From assembly GCA_963700055.1 (NCBI GenBank), contig CAVOWH010000023.1:64201-128200 (forward strand): DNA of 64,000 nt. The letters run 5' to 3'. Position numbers and translations under genes: made by a program. Of this stretch, positions 49,785 to 59,512 are shown one piece after another. Under the pieces are notes generated by a model that saw nothing but the letters and a program-made list of their open reading frames with translations, ran no database searches and was not told the origin of the DNA. Positions within the stretch are counted from its first letter, which is position 1, and every line of letters starts with the position of its first letter. This DNA is from an uncultured delta proteobacterium. Its GTDB lineage: Bacteria; Desulfobacterota; Desulfobacteria; Desulfobacterales; SpSt-501.

Positions 49785-50545
49785 TCATTTTTCCGTCACA
49801 GACGTCAGCAGCGCCGCCAGAAATTCCCCGATGCGGGTGAGCGAAGGCGCGTGCAGCCGCTCGCCCGGCGAATGGGCATTTTCCGTCGTTGGGCCGATCG
49901 AGATCATATCCATGTCCGGGTAGGCGTGGCCGATGATCGCGCATTCCAGACCGGCATGGATGGCCCGCACCTCCGGCTCCTTGCGGTAAAGGCCCCGGTC
50001 GACGACGCGGCAACGAGCCAGCAGCGGCGATGCGAGGTTCGGCATCCAGGGCGGATAATCCGATTCGGTGTGCGTTCTTGCGCCGGCCAGGGCCGCTGTC
50101 GCCCGCACCTGATCGGACACGGCGTCCAGCCCAAGCGGGCTGAGGCTGCGCTGGCTGGCGGCGATCTCGATCCGGCTGTCTACGGTCGCGACGACGGCTA
50201 GGTTGTTTGAGGTCAGCACCAGGTCGGCGAAATCGGGCGCCATCTGGGCGACCCCGTGCGGCAGGGCCAGCAGAAGGTTGACGACGAGCGCGGCATCCTC
50301 GGGCGTCATGGCTGCTGGCGCAGAGGTTCCCGCCGGCAGGTCGTTCAGGCGGAGGTCCAACGACGTCGCGGATGGAAACTCGCTGCGGAACCGTTCGGCG
50401 CCGGATCGCGCCTGGACGGCCAGCGGTGCTGGAGGGCCCAGTCTTCGAACCATCGGGTGACGGCTTCCTCGTTTTTGGAGCAGCGCGGGATGCGGCTAAT
50501 TTGCTCGAACAGCTCCAGAATGCGGTGAATGCGTTTAGCGATCAT
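49785..50545 (-). pseudogene. pepD: Aminoacyl-histidine dipeptidase with internal deletion and frameshift
   Basis: The N-terminus FEQISRIPRCSKNEE is joined out of frame to the C-terminus LPHGV, TSNNLA, IHAGLEC, SIGPT..AHSPGER. The central metal-binding part is missing. Confidence 0.85.
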
Positions 50546-50670
50546 TGGACGCTCCCGAGTCATGGCGGGTTGGCTTCCGAGTCGGCTGTCCGCGGCAGCG
50601 TTGACTTTGCCTTGGGGTTTGTCATAAAAAAGTCCCAACCACAAGGATTATCGGCGCTTCGAGGTGACGA

Positions 50671-51831
50671 ATGTCGGGGTTCGATCTGACGGAGTTCTTT
50701 AAACTGTCTTCGGTGCTCAATTACAACTTGAGTGCGGCGTCGCTGAACCGCTATAATGTGCTCTTGTACATCCTCGGCGGCAAGCGCCTGGACCCCGACG
50801 AACGGCTGGAACTGGACAAGAAAAGCCTCATGATGGAGGCCCTGGGGTATCTGTTCAGCGCTTACAGCCACAAGCGCCGGCGCCTTGGTCCCATGGCTGT
50901 TTTGCACCCGCTGCGGGCCGCCGCCCTGATGACGCGCGCCAGGGAGTTTCCCAACCTGGACAGCCTTCTGACCGTGCTCTTCCACGACATCCTGGAAGAC
51001 GTGCAATCCGTCGATTTCGAGGCCCAGGAGTGGCGGGACATGGAGCAACGGCTCTTCGAGATGCTGGAGCACATGCCACCGGAGGAGGAGTCCCAGCTCA
51101 TTCAGCGCCTGAAATGCCTCACCCGTACCAAGTCCGAGTCCTACTACCGCTACATCGGGAGGATGCTGGAATGCTCGACCGCTTTTCCCGATGTGGTGGA
51201 GGTGAAGCTGGCGGACCGGCTGGACAACACGCTGGACATGCGCATCGACCTCGAGGACCCGCTGGTCGGCATCGACTGCTTCCAGAACATTTTTCAGCTG
51301 CTGTTCGTGAATAATTATCCCGGCTACGTGCCGCGGACCGAGCACCAGCCGGCGACCGCCATGAACGGTGCTCGGCGGCTGCAACAGCTTTACAAAAACG
51401 CCGTGCTCCTGTCGCTCATCCGGCAGTTGACCTTCACCGCTGAAACTCCGGCGCGCCGAACGCTGTTCAACGCCGTGGCCGAGGCGAGCCTCAAGGAAGC
51501 CCAGCGCACCTTCATGCACCTGCTGGGGTATCATTTCAAAGACCACCGCGCCCAGCGCCAGCTGATCCTGGACGCCATGGACTACTGCTTCAGCGGCCGC
51601 AGCGACCTGGTCACCAAACCGGACGGACAGCGGACGCTGGATGGGCTGTTTGCAACCTATTTCGCTCCTACGGACGGAAAGGTCCTGAAACAGCAGCTGG
51701 ACGGCCTTTACCAGGACAAGCCTTTGATGATCCAGGCCTCCATCGCGTTCATCGTCATCTTCCTGGGCTTCCTCAACGATTCGCGCTACTTCATCCGCGG
51801 CATCAGCATCGAAGGCATCGAGGCCGCCTGA
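50671..51831 (+). CDS. HD-domain protein resembling RelA/SpoT/Mesh1 hydrolases, with a C-terminal extension
   Basis: LHPLRAA, LFHDILED, VKLADRLDN. Confidence 0.75.
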   Translation: MSGFDLTEFFKLSSVLNYNLSAASLNRYNVLLYILGGKRLDPDERLELDKKSLMMEALGYLFSAYSHKRRRLGPMAVLHPLRAAALMTRAREFPNLDSLLTVLFHDILEDVQSVDFEAQEWRDMEQRLFEMLEHMPPEEESQLIQRLKCLTRTKSESYYRYIGRMLECSTAFPDVVEVKLADRLDNTLDMRIDLEDPLVGIDCFQNIFQLLFVNNYPGYVPRTEHQPATAMNGARRLQQLYKNAVLLSLIRQLTFTAETPARRTLFNAVAEASLKEAQRTFMHLLGYHFKDHRAQRQLILDAMDYCFSGRSDLVTKPDGQRTLDGLFATYFAPTDGKVLKQQLDGLYQDKPLMIQASIAFIVIFLGFLNDSRYFIRGISIEGIEAA

Positions 51832-52039
51832 AGTTCCCGGCCGACGTCGCCGAGCCGGCTCGAGGGCAAGGTCTTTTTCCCGTCTTGCCAGGATCGCCGA
51901 GAGAGCTTATCCTTCCGATACCATTCGCCTTGGATGGTGCATGCCGGTATGCCTCCAGAGGCAATCTTTTGATCCGAAACTGCGCAAGGCGGAGATTACT
52001 CAGCCACCTGAATCCACCATTGAAAGGAGAAAGAGACCC

Positions 52040-52564
52040 ATGAACGCGACCAAGACTCTATCGCTGACGGCGGTTATCGCTGTTTTGCTTTCGGGATGCT
52101 GTTTGAAGTTCAACGATCTCGCTCCAGGAACGACCTATCCGGTCGGCAGCACCATCTCGACCGGAGGAAAGACCGTCACTGTGGAGCAGTTCCAGTGGGC
52201 GAACGGGACCTGGTCGTCTGCGGGCTCCGCCAAGGTCGATGCATCCAACTTCGCGGGGGGCTCCGGCAACGAGCTGAGGGCCAACAACGTCAATTTCAAC
52301 TTTCAACTCGGTTATCCGCTATCGAAGATCACCTTCAAGTTTGCGGATTACGGAGGCAATGAAAACATCAAGGTGAATAACGATTTCCGGAACGTGCCGA
52401 ACTTTCTCGGCCTGAACAACACCACCATCGGCGGCGTACAGGTGACCGTCACCGCCGTGCAGACCACGAGCAGCATCCGCGGCGAAATGGTCCTGCAGGG
52501 TCCCATCAACGGGTTCACCGTCGGCGGCCAGGAGTTCTGGATCGACGAGGTCTGCACCGAATAA
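52040..52564 (+). CDS. Beta-rich lipoprotein of unknown function
   Basis: RBS AAGGAG, lipobox LSGC, Asn/Gly/Thr-rich. Confidence 0.8.
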   Translation: MNATKTLSLTAVIAVLLSGCCLKFNDLAPGTTYPVGSTISTGGKTVTVEQFQWANGTWSSAGSAKVDASNFAGGSGNELRANNVNFNFQLGYPLSKITFKFADYGGNENIKVNNDFRNVPNFLGLNNTTIGGVQVTVTAVQTTSSIRGEMVLQGPINGFTVGGQEFWIDEVCTE

Positions 52565-52662
52565 CTGGCGGCGGATGCGGGATGGCCGCTTGAACAGCGG
52601 TTTCTAAAAACGCAGGGCCTCCCTCATGCTCCGAATTCGGGCAATTGTTTCGGCCCAACCTC

Positions 52663-52857
52663 CACCCCATCGGGGGCGCGGTTCTCGAGCGGTGAGAAGA
52701 ACCGCGCCCACTTTTTGCTTTAGAATAATTTGATTGCTGCTCCGAGCTATGGTAAATTAAAATCGGTTCTCAGCGCCAAAATCCGTGGCATGGTCCTCCA
52801 TTCATTTGTCCACAACCCATCGCTCGACAGGCTCCACCAGCATCACATTTGTTAGAC
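52663..52857 (+). repeat. Copy 1 of a ~195-bp module (hairpin, promoter, attI-like end)
   Basis: Aligns end to end with 56971-57163. TTGATT-N17-TAAATT; ends GCATCACATTT-GTTAGAC. Confidence 0.8.
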
Positions 52858-52984
52858 AGCACCATGGAAAAGCGTTTCACCGTGCGCGACCATAAGATGC
52901 TTGCCCATATCCGTTTTTTTAGGAATAATTGTGGCCGGTTGTTGGAGCAAGCCCCGACCGGGAACGAACGTAATAGGAGGAATC

Positions 52985-53110
52985 ATGGCGGATCGACGAG
53001 CGACGATTGCAGCCGAGCTCGAAAAAGGGCTGGCGGAGACCGTATCGTTTTTCAAAGCGCTGAGTCGTCGAACTTCGGAGGTCCGGATTTCTTCAGCGAG
53101 GCGTTCATAA
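52985..53110 (+). pseudogene. Truncated gene, possibly a DinB-like N-terminus
   Basis: Strong RBS AGGAGG, then MADRRATIAAELEKGLAETVSFFKALS, ending after about 40 aa. Confidence 0.4.
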
Positions 53111-53160
53111 CGTTCGATGTGCTCGAATGAGCCGGCCGGCCGCCTGCAAGGGCCCATAGC

Positions 53161-54444
53161 ATGAACATGGTCGGCATCTTCATCCTCATCGCTTTGATCT
53201 TCGAGTTTGCCCTGCACCGGCTGTCGGAAGTGCTGAACCTCAGGTCGGCCTCCACCGAGTTGCCTGACGTCTTCAAGGACCTATTCGACCCGCAGCATTA
53301 CGCCCGGGCTCAGGACTATCTGAGGGTGCGCACCCGGTTCGTATGGATTTCCTCTGGTGTTTTTCTGGCGGCGACCCTGGCCTTCTGGTTGAGCGGAGGC
53401 TTTGGCTTTTTGGACGACGGAGTGAGATCTCTGGACCGCGGACCGATTCTGTCCGGTCTGATCTACGTCGGCGCTCTTTGGATAGGCCGCTCCATCCTCG
53501 CCGTTCCCTTTCAGGCCTACACCGTTTTCGTGATCGAGGAGCGCTTCGGGTTCAACCGGACGAACCTCAAGACGTTTCTGACGGACGGGGTCAAGGCCCT
53601 GTTTGTCTCCGTCCTCCTCGGGGCACCGCTTCTGGCCGGCGTTCTGGCCCTCTTCGAGCATGCCGGGCCTCGGGCTTGGTTGTATGGTTGGGCGCTTGCG
53701 GTCTTTTTCATGGCCGGCATTCAGTTCGTGACGCCGCGTTTCATCCTGCCGCTTTTCAACAAGTTCACGTCGCTCGAGGAGGGCGAGCTGCGAGCGGCTA
53801 TCTTCCATTACGCCCGCTCGATCCGATTCCCCCTGGAAAACGTTTTCGTCATGGACGGTTTCCGGCGCAGCACCAAGAGCAACGCCTTCTTCACCGGCTT
53901 CGGAAAGCACCGGCGCATCGTGCTCTTCGACACCTTGATCCGGGCCCACACGATCCCGGAGCTCGTAGCCATCCTGGCTCACGAAACAGGGCACTACCGG
54001 AAGAACCACGTCTTGAAGAATCTGGCATTCGGCGCGGTTCACAGCGGGGCGCTGCTCTTCGTCTTTTCGTACGCCCTTCGCTCTCCGGTCCTCTTTGAGG
54101 CGTTCTTTGTGCAGCAGCCTTCGGTGTACGCCGGTCTGGCCTTGTTCTTCTTGCTGCTCCGGCCCGTCGAGCTGCTTTTGGGCTTGCTGCTGAACATTGT
54201 TTCGCGCTCGCACGAGCGCGAAGCGGACCGCTTCGCCGTCGAGACGACCAATGACAGGAACGCCCTCGTAAGCGCCCTAAAAAAGCTTTCCGCCGACAAC
54301 CTCTCCAACCTCTCGCCGCACCCGCTGTATGTCGCCTTGAGCTATTCCCACCCACCGATACAGCAACGCATCCGGGCAATCGAAGACATCCCAGCAGCAG
54401 CGGGCGTATCGATGGACACTCTTGACCGCAGGGGGAAAAACTGA
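53161..54444 (+). CDS. M48 metallopeptidase, Ste24-like
   Basis: IEERFGFN, STKSNAFFTGFG..RIVLFDTL, HETGH, EREAD, YSHPP. Confidence 0.93.
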   Translation: MNMVGIFILIALIFEFALHRLSEVLNLRSASTELPDVFKDLFDPQHYARAQDYLRVRTRFVWISSGVFLAATLAFWLSGGFGFLDDGVRSLDRGPILSGLIYVGALWIGRSILAVPFQAYTVFVIEERFGFNRTNLKTFLTDGVKALFVSVLLGAPLLAGVLALFEHAGPRAWLYGWALAVFFMAGIQFVTPRFILPLFNKFTSLEEGELRAAIFHYARSIRFPLENVFVMDGFRRSTKSNAFFTGFGKHRRIVLFDTLIRAHTIPELVAILAHETGHYRKNHVLKNLAFGAVHSGALLFVFSYALRSPVLFEAFFVQQPSVYAGLALFFLLLRPVELLLGLLLNIVSRSHEREADRFAVETTNDRNALVSALKKLSADNLSNLSPHPLYVALSYSHPPIQQRIRAIEDIPAAAGVSMDTLDRRGKN

Positions 54445-54585
54445 ATTTTGATCTCGTGCCGGCCCATCTAAAACCGACGCGCTGCCTGTCGGCCACTTAT
54501 TGGCAGCTGCCATCCCGCCCGATGTCACAACCAATTTCTCACAACCTGACAACAAAGCAACTACGTACCTGTCTGTCCTGTGGTT

Positions 54586-54621
54586 AATTTGGTTGCTGCC
54601 CGGATTCAGGGTAATATAAAA
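54586..54621 (+). promoter_or_regulatory. Third, partial copy of the module promoter
   Basis: AATTTGGTTGCTGCCCGGATTCAGGGTAATATAAAA (TTGGTT-N17-TAATAT), a mosaic of copies 1 and 2. Confidence 0.65.
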
Positions 54622-54859
54622 TTTGTTCCAAGCATCTGTGACCGGATCTGTCTCAACGGCGTGTTAAGCTGAGAACAACTTTCGCCGGAACGGACGACAG
54701 CGGCTGCAAGATTCGGCTGGACTCTGGCGGGCAACGTAGGACAAGCAGCCTGGGGGAACCATTGTGAAAAAGGCAAAAAGATCCAGCGGCAATTTGGCAA
54801 TCCATTACGATTCCATTCTCGGAGGCATCTCCCAATCCAAAGACAATTGAGAGGTACTT

Positions 54860-55345
54860 ATGGCCAACATTGAAAAGAAGCTGCTATTACTTGGTCTGAC
54901 GCTACCGCCGCCGGTCAAGCCGCCTGCCGGGGTTCTTCTGCCGTTTCAGTTCGTCCGAGTTGCTGGTAATCGTGCCTACATCTCAGGGCATGGCCCTCAA
55001 AACCCGGATGGTTCGATAGCCGCCCCGTTCGGAAAGCTTGGACGTGACCTAAACATCGAGCAAGGGTACGCAGCCGCAAGATTGACCGGCCTATCCATCC
55101 TGGGAAGCCTCAAGAGGGCACTGGGTGATTTGGATCGAGTCACACACTGGTGCCGTGTTTTTGGAATGGTAAACTCTGCCGCCGGGTTTAACATGCAGCC
55201 ATCGGTGATCAATGGGTTCTCGGACCTCTTGCTGGAGCTTTACGGCCCGGGTGCAGGCGGGCACGCCCGCAGTGCCTTAGGCATGGCCGAGCTTCCCTTC
55301 AATATTCCTGTTGAAATTGAGGCGGAAGTGCAACTTGCGCCATAG
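54860..55345 (+). CDS. RidA/YjgF family protein
   Basis: YISGHGP, LGDLDRV, VINGFSDLL, HARSALG, LPFNIPVEIE. Confidence 0.9.
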   Translation: MANIEKKLLLLGLTLPPPVKPPAGVLLPFQFVRVAGNRAYISGHGPQNPDGSIAAPFGKLGRDLNIEQGYAAARLTGLSILGSLKRALGDLDRVTHWCRVFGMVNSAAGFNMQPSVINGFSDLLLELYGPGAGGHARSALGMAELPFNIPVEIEAEVQLAP

Positions 55346-55599
55346 CTGCAAACAAGTAACAAAATCTAAAGGACGTATTTTAAAAAGTAATTTTCACAAT
55401 GATTTTACTTTTGGTTTGGGATGCAATGCCACGTCAGGCTTAGATAGACGCCCGCAGTGCCCTGCACTTAATATTGTGCAAATACGCAGTCTTCTATATG
55501 CAGCCGTTGAATTTGGAGTAAGCAGCGGAGAGGCTTTCGGTGGTCCGGCGCGTCAAGTGGCGGGCCAAAGAAAGTATCAGTTTAAAACTTATAATCTAA

Positions 55600-56946
55600 G
55601 GTTCTTCTCCGAATCAGTTGTAGCAAGCTTGGAATATTTTAAGGGTAAAGTAGCGCAAGTCGTGAAAGCCGTAAGCTTTTCTTTTGATGACTTTGATCTT
55701 GTTGTTGACCCCTTCCAGTTTGCCGGTGTGGATGGGGTAGTCACAGTGGTTTAAGATGCCGTAGCGGTGGCGCTCGAGCATCGTGGCAAACTTGTTCAGA
55801 GCGCGGTGATTCAGCGAACGGGCCAGCGCGCACCATTCATCCAGAGCTTTACCGGCCCAGGTGCGGGACTGATAAGACCAGATATGCTTGAGCTGGTCTT
55901 TTAAGATCATCACCGTGTTGATCACCTCGTTTAGGTTCAGCAGCTCTTTGAGTTGCTGACGGTGTTTTTTGCGGCGCACATTGGCTCGGTTCTTCAACAA
56001 CAGATACTTTGAGCCTTTAAAGACCTGCTTGTTGTGTGCAGCCGCTTTACGGTACTCGCTGTTTCGGATCTTATCGATGACGCGGCCAAAGGCGGCCACG
56101 ACATGAAACTGGTCAAAGACGATCTGAGCCTGTGGCAGTTTTTTTTAACGGCCTTGATGTAGGGATCCCACATGTCCATGGCGACGGCTTCAATTGATTT
56201 TCGCTGTTTGGCCGTAAGTTGATTAAAGAAACGGTTTAGGGTCCTGAACTTGCGCTCTTTGCCAACATAAACGACCTGGCCGGTTTCGTAGTTTAGCACC
56301 ACGGTCAGGTAGCTGTGTCCCTTGCGGATGGAGATCTCATCGACTGCTAAGAGGCGAAGCCCATTTAGATCCGGCTGACCATACTGGGCTTCCAGATACT
56401 GCTTATCGATGTCCTTGACCGTTTTCCAGTCCAGCTGAAAGTGCCGGGCAACATCGGTAACCGTCATGACCTTGCACAGCTGATGGATCGCAGCAGCTAA
56501 CCGCCGGGTCACTCGTAGGTACGGATGAAAAAGCTCCAAATCCTCGATGCTGATTCTTTGGCAATGAGCACACAGCAGTTTGCGGTAATCGCAGCGCAGC
56601 CAGACCTGAGTGCCAGCCAGGTTCAGATCCCGTACCGAGCGCTGAGTCCAGCTGTGGACGCTGGGAGCCTTCTTCCCGCACAAATGACAAACGGGCTGAA
56701 AGCGTTGGTCAGGAACAACATCGATTACCGTTTTGGTTGCGGCGCCATCCAGCGCCTGTTTGGTAATTTTGATTCGACGAAAGGGGAAATACGGTGATAT
56801 AGAGATACCGGACATCGCAGGCCTCCTTCTTCGGATATGGTTTTTCGTCGCTGATCAACCTATATCCTCGGAGATACCGGATGTCCATTCTGCTTGATAT
56901 CACTCCTTATTGCCCCCTTTCGGTTCAACTAACTCGGAGATGATCC
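55600..56946 (-). mobile_element. ISL3-family insertion sequence, 1347 bp
   Basis: Inverted repeats GGTTCTTCTCCGAATCAGTTG and GGATCATCTCCGAGTTAGTTG (17/21). 8-bp target duplication TAATCTAA (55592-55599 and 56947-56954). Confidence 0.95.
55614..56815 (-). CDS. ISL3 transposase split at an A8 run (56139-56146)
   Basis: Zn-finger CHLC/CAHC, LAVDE, AMDMW.PY in ORF1; EGVNNKIK...RKAYG in ORF2. A9 would restore KKKLPQAQIVFDQFHV. Confidence 0.88.
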
Positions 56947-56970
56947 TAATCTAAAGACCCTCCCTAAACT

Positions 56971-57163
56971 CACCCATCGGGGGTGCGGTTATCGAGCGAT
57001 CAGGAGAGCCGCGCCCCCTCCTGCCTTAGAAAAATTTGATCCCCGCCCCGATTCAGGGTAACATAAAACCTGTTTTCAGCACCCAAATCAGGTGCATTGT
57101 CCTCCATTTGTTTTTCCATAACGCATCGCGCGACAGTCTCCATCCGCATCACATTGGTTAGGC
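56971..57163 (+). repeat. Copy 2 of the ~195-bp module
   Basis: TTGATC-N17-TAACAT; ends GCATCACATTG-GTTAGGC, 36 nt before the next gene. Confidence 0.8.
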
Positions 57164-57199
57164 TCAACCGAACGCATACCCGTCAAGGGAGAGCACGCC

Positions 57200-57700
57200 A
57201 TGACCTATGCCCGATTCGAGGACATCCCCGCCTGGCAGGAGGCCATCCGCTTGGCCGAAGGGGTCTACGACATGACCGCAAGCAAGGCCTGGCCCAGCAG
57301 CCGGAGCCTGCAGGATCAACTGGAGCGGGCCGCGCTTTCGGTTTCGAACAACATCGCCGAGGGTTTCGAGCGCGGCACCACGAACGAGCTGTTGGCGTTC
57401 ATCTATATCGCGCGCGGCTCGGCCGGCGAAGTCCGCTCCATGCTTTGTTTCCTGGAACGCCGCCCTGCCTTTGCCAATTTGAAATCTCAAATTTCACATT
57501 TGAAATCCACCGCGGAGAGTTGCTCGCGCCAGTTGCGCGGATGGGCGGATTACCTGCAGAACTCGGAGATCAAAGGCCAGCGGCATTTGAACGATAAATC
57601 GCGGAGGCACTATGATGCGGGGAAAGCGGCCGGCGAATTTCAGCAAGAATTATTGGAACGACTGCCGCCGGATCATCCCCTGCGGAAACGTCCGCGGTAA
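57200..57700 (+). CDS. Four-helix-bundle protein (23S rRNA IVP-like)
   Basis: FEDIPAWQ, DQLERAALSVSNNIAEGFER, IARGSAGEVRS. Confidence 0.9.
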   Translation: MTYARFEDIPAWQEAIRLAEGVYDMTASKAWPSSRSLQDQLERAALSVSNNIAEGFERGTTNELLAFIYIARGSAGEVRSMLCFLERRPAFANLKSQISHLKSTAESCSRQLRGWADYLQNSEIKGQRHLNDKSRRHYDAGKAAGEFQQELLERLPPDHPLRKRPR

Positions 57701-57728
57701 TTGTGATCGGCCTGGTAAAAAGTTTTGC

Positions 57729-57943
57729 TCAGAGCAACTTCCAGAATTCAGCGATGCTGAGGCCGGCGTCTGTGGCGATGCCGCCCATGGTATAGGCGTT
57801 GATGGGATTGTTGCGGGGAATCGTGAGGAAGCGTTGGCCGTCTGACATTACAACATGTTGTTCCCTTGTCGGACGACTTTAAAGCCGGCCTTCTCCAAGG
57901 CTCTTATGGCATGCAGGTGTTGGATACCGGCAAGTTTGGGCAT
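57729..57943 (-). pseudogene. hicA: HicA toxin, frameshifted
   Basis: MPKLAGIQHLHAIRALEKAGFKVVRQG continues in another frame as HVVMSDGQRFLTIPRNNPINAYTMGGIATDAGLSIAEFWKLL. Confidence 0.8.
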
Positions 57944-57944
57944 C

Positions 57945-58132
57945 TCAAACGGCCACTTCGATTTCGCGCACGTCCGTATCCTTAATGGAATCATACACAG
58001 CGGCGAGGTACTCCTAAATGGCATCTTTTTTATTTTCGATAGCCTCGGCTTCTGTATCACCCTGAGACCAGCATCCGGGCAGCGGACGCTGTAGCCTTCT
58101 TCGCTCTGATGCAAGACGATTTTGTATTTCAT
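57945..58132 (-). pseudogene. hicB: HicB antitoxin, frameshifted with a premature stop
   Basis: MKYKIVLHQSEEGYSVRCP, then in another frame LPGCWSQGDTEAEAIENKKDAI*EYLAAV...EIEVAV. Confidence 0.8.
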
Positions 58133-58324
58133 GGCAACCTCTCGGCCAAAAGAGTGACGAACAGCAGGTTTTATTGAAAAGCCAGTGACCAAATGTTGCA
58201 AGGGCGATCCATGGCAAGATCTTCGTTAAGATGCTTTCCCGTCTCAATTTTTTGAGCAACCGTGACCGGATCTGTCACAGGAACGTGATAGGCTGAAATA
58301 AACCTGAGCCGGGAATTGCCGGGC

Positions 58325-58450
58325 ATGGCCAGAACAGGCGAAATCGTTGCCTTTGACGTGGAGACGACGGGGCTGTCGCCCCATAGAGGCTGCCGGGTCG
58401 TTGAAATCGGCGCCGTCCGATGGGTTGGGAAAAGGATTCGACCGCACTAA
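58325..58450 (+). pseudogene. 5' fragment of a DEDDh (DnaQ-like) exonuclease
   Basis: MARTGEIVAFDVETTGLSPHRGCRVVEIGAV (ExoI motif); stops after 41 aa. Confidence 0.7.
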
Positions 58451-58825
58451 CCTCCAGCTCATCCGGCCGTTTTTCTCGCGATTCCCAATTATCGACGCAC
58501 TGCGTCGATAATTGATTTTAGCCTATTACCGGTTTCTTCTTTGATTCGAAAAGGTCAATTCCCTGCACTTCGAATCTGAGGGAGTGAAAGGTCTCGGAAA
58601 TGGAATCGGCGCTATCGGGTAAGGTCAGAAGAACAAGATCCCGTAAAGGAGATACCTGAGAAAGAGATATGGGAGCGGGCCAGGCGAACTATGCGGTGTC
58701 ATAATGAATAATCAAGAGGCTGCGTTGGCCCAACCCCAGGCCAAAGGATGGATTGCGCTAGACTTAACTGAAATCGCGTGGAAGACCTTTATAAAGCCTA
58801 TTTGAGTGTGCCAAAAGGAGGTAAA

Positions 58826-59512
58826 ATGGCTCAACCTTACGAAGTTCAGTTTGAAGTCGAGGGGCCTGCTGCCATGTTTACTCGGCCGGATACGGGATCT
58901 ACACCTATTTCGTATCCTGTTCCAACTTTTTCTGCCGCAAAAGGCTTGTTTGAGGCCGTACTGAGACGACCTCAGGTTTACGTCCATCCAACACTGGTCG
59001 AGATCTGCAAGCCCATCCGATTTGAGCGGTATGTTACGAACTACGGCGGGCCGCTTCGCAAAGGGAAAGATATTAGAGCCAAAAACAGCTACCAATTTAT
59101 AGCCACCATCCTCGTGGAGGTGTGCTACCGCATCCACGGTGAAGTGCGGATGAAAAAAATGAGCACACGCGGAAAGGGAGAGGCTCAGTTGCGTCGCCGA
59201 CGTGGTCAGGATTGGCGACCACGGTTCAAGGAGCTGTTTGACGAGCGACTGGAGCGTGGCCAGACCTTTTACACACCATGTTTGGGCTGGAAGGAGTTCG
59301 TGCCCACCTACTTCGGTCCGTTTCGAGACCGGGACGACCACGGTCAGAAAATCAGGGCGGTGACAACAGGCGAGATCCATATTCCAGCCATGCTGATTTC
59401 GATGTGGGACCATCGGCAATACAAACCGTCCTTCGCCGAGAGATGGATCGTCGATGGTGTGATGTCCTACGAGCAAGAGAGACCGCCGAAGGAGGTGCGC
59501 GATGCTGAGTGA
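58826..59512 (+). CDS. cas5: Type I-C-like Cas5
   Basis: GPAAMFTRP...SYPVPTFSAAKGLFEAV, VCYRI, PCLGWKEF. RBS AAGGAGG. Confidence 0.92.
   Translation: MAQPYEVQFEVEGPAAMFTRPDTGSTPISYPVPTFSAAKGLFEAVLRRPQVYVHPTLVEICKPIRFERYVTNYGGPLRKGKDIRAKNSYQFIATILVEVCYRIHGEVRMKKMSTRGKGEAQLRRRRGQDWRPRFKELFDERLERGQTFYTPCLGWKEFVPTYFGPFRDRDDHGQKIRAVTTGEIHIPAMLISMWDHRQYKPSFAERWIVDGVMSYEQERPPKEVRDAE

Noticed and set aside
52663-52857. Module as a known riboswitch
   Set aside because: I recognised no riboswitch consensus, and the conserved parts fit a promoter and a recombination site better. An Rfam search was not possible.
57200-57700. Four-helix-bundle gene as the Avd of a diversity-generating retroelement or as an rRNA intervening sequence
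   Set aside because: No reverse transcriptase, TR/VR pair or rRNA in the window.
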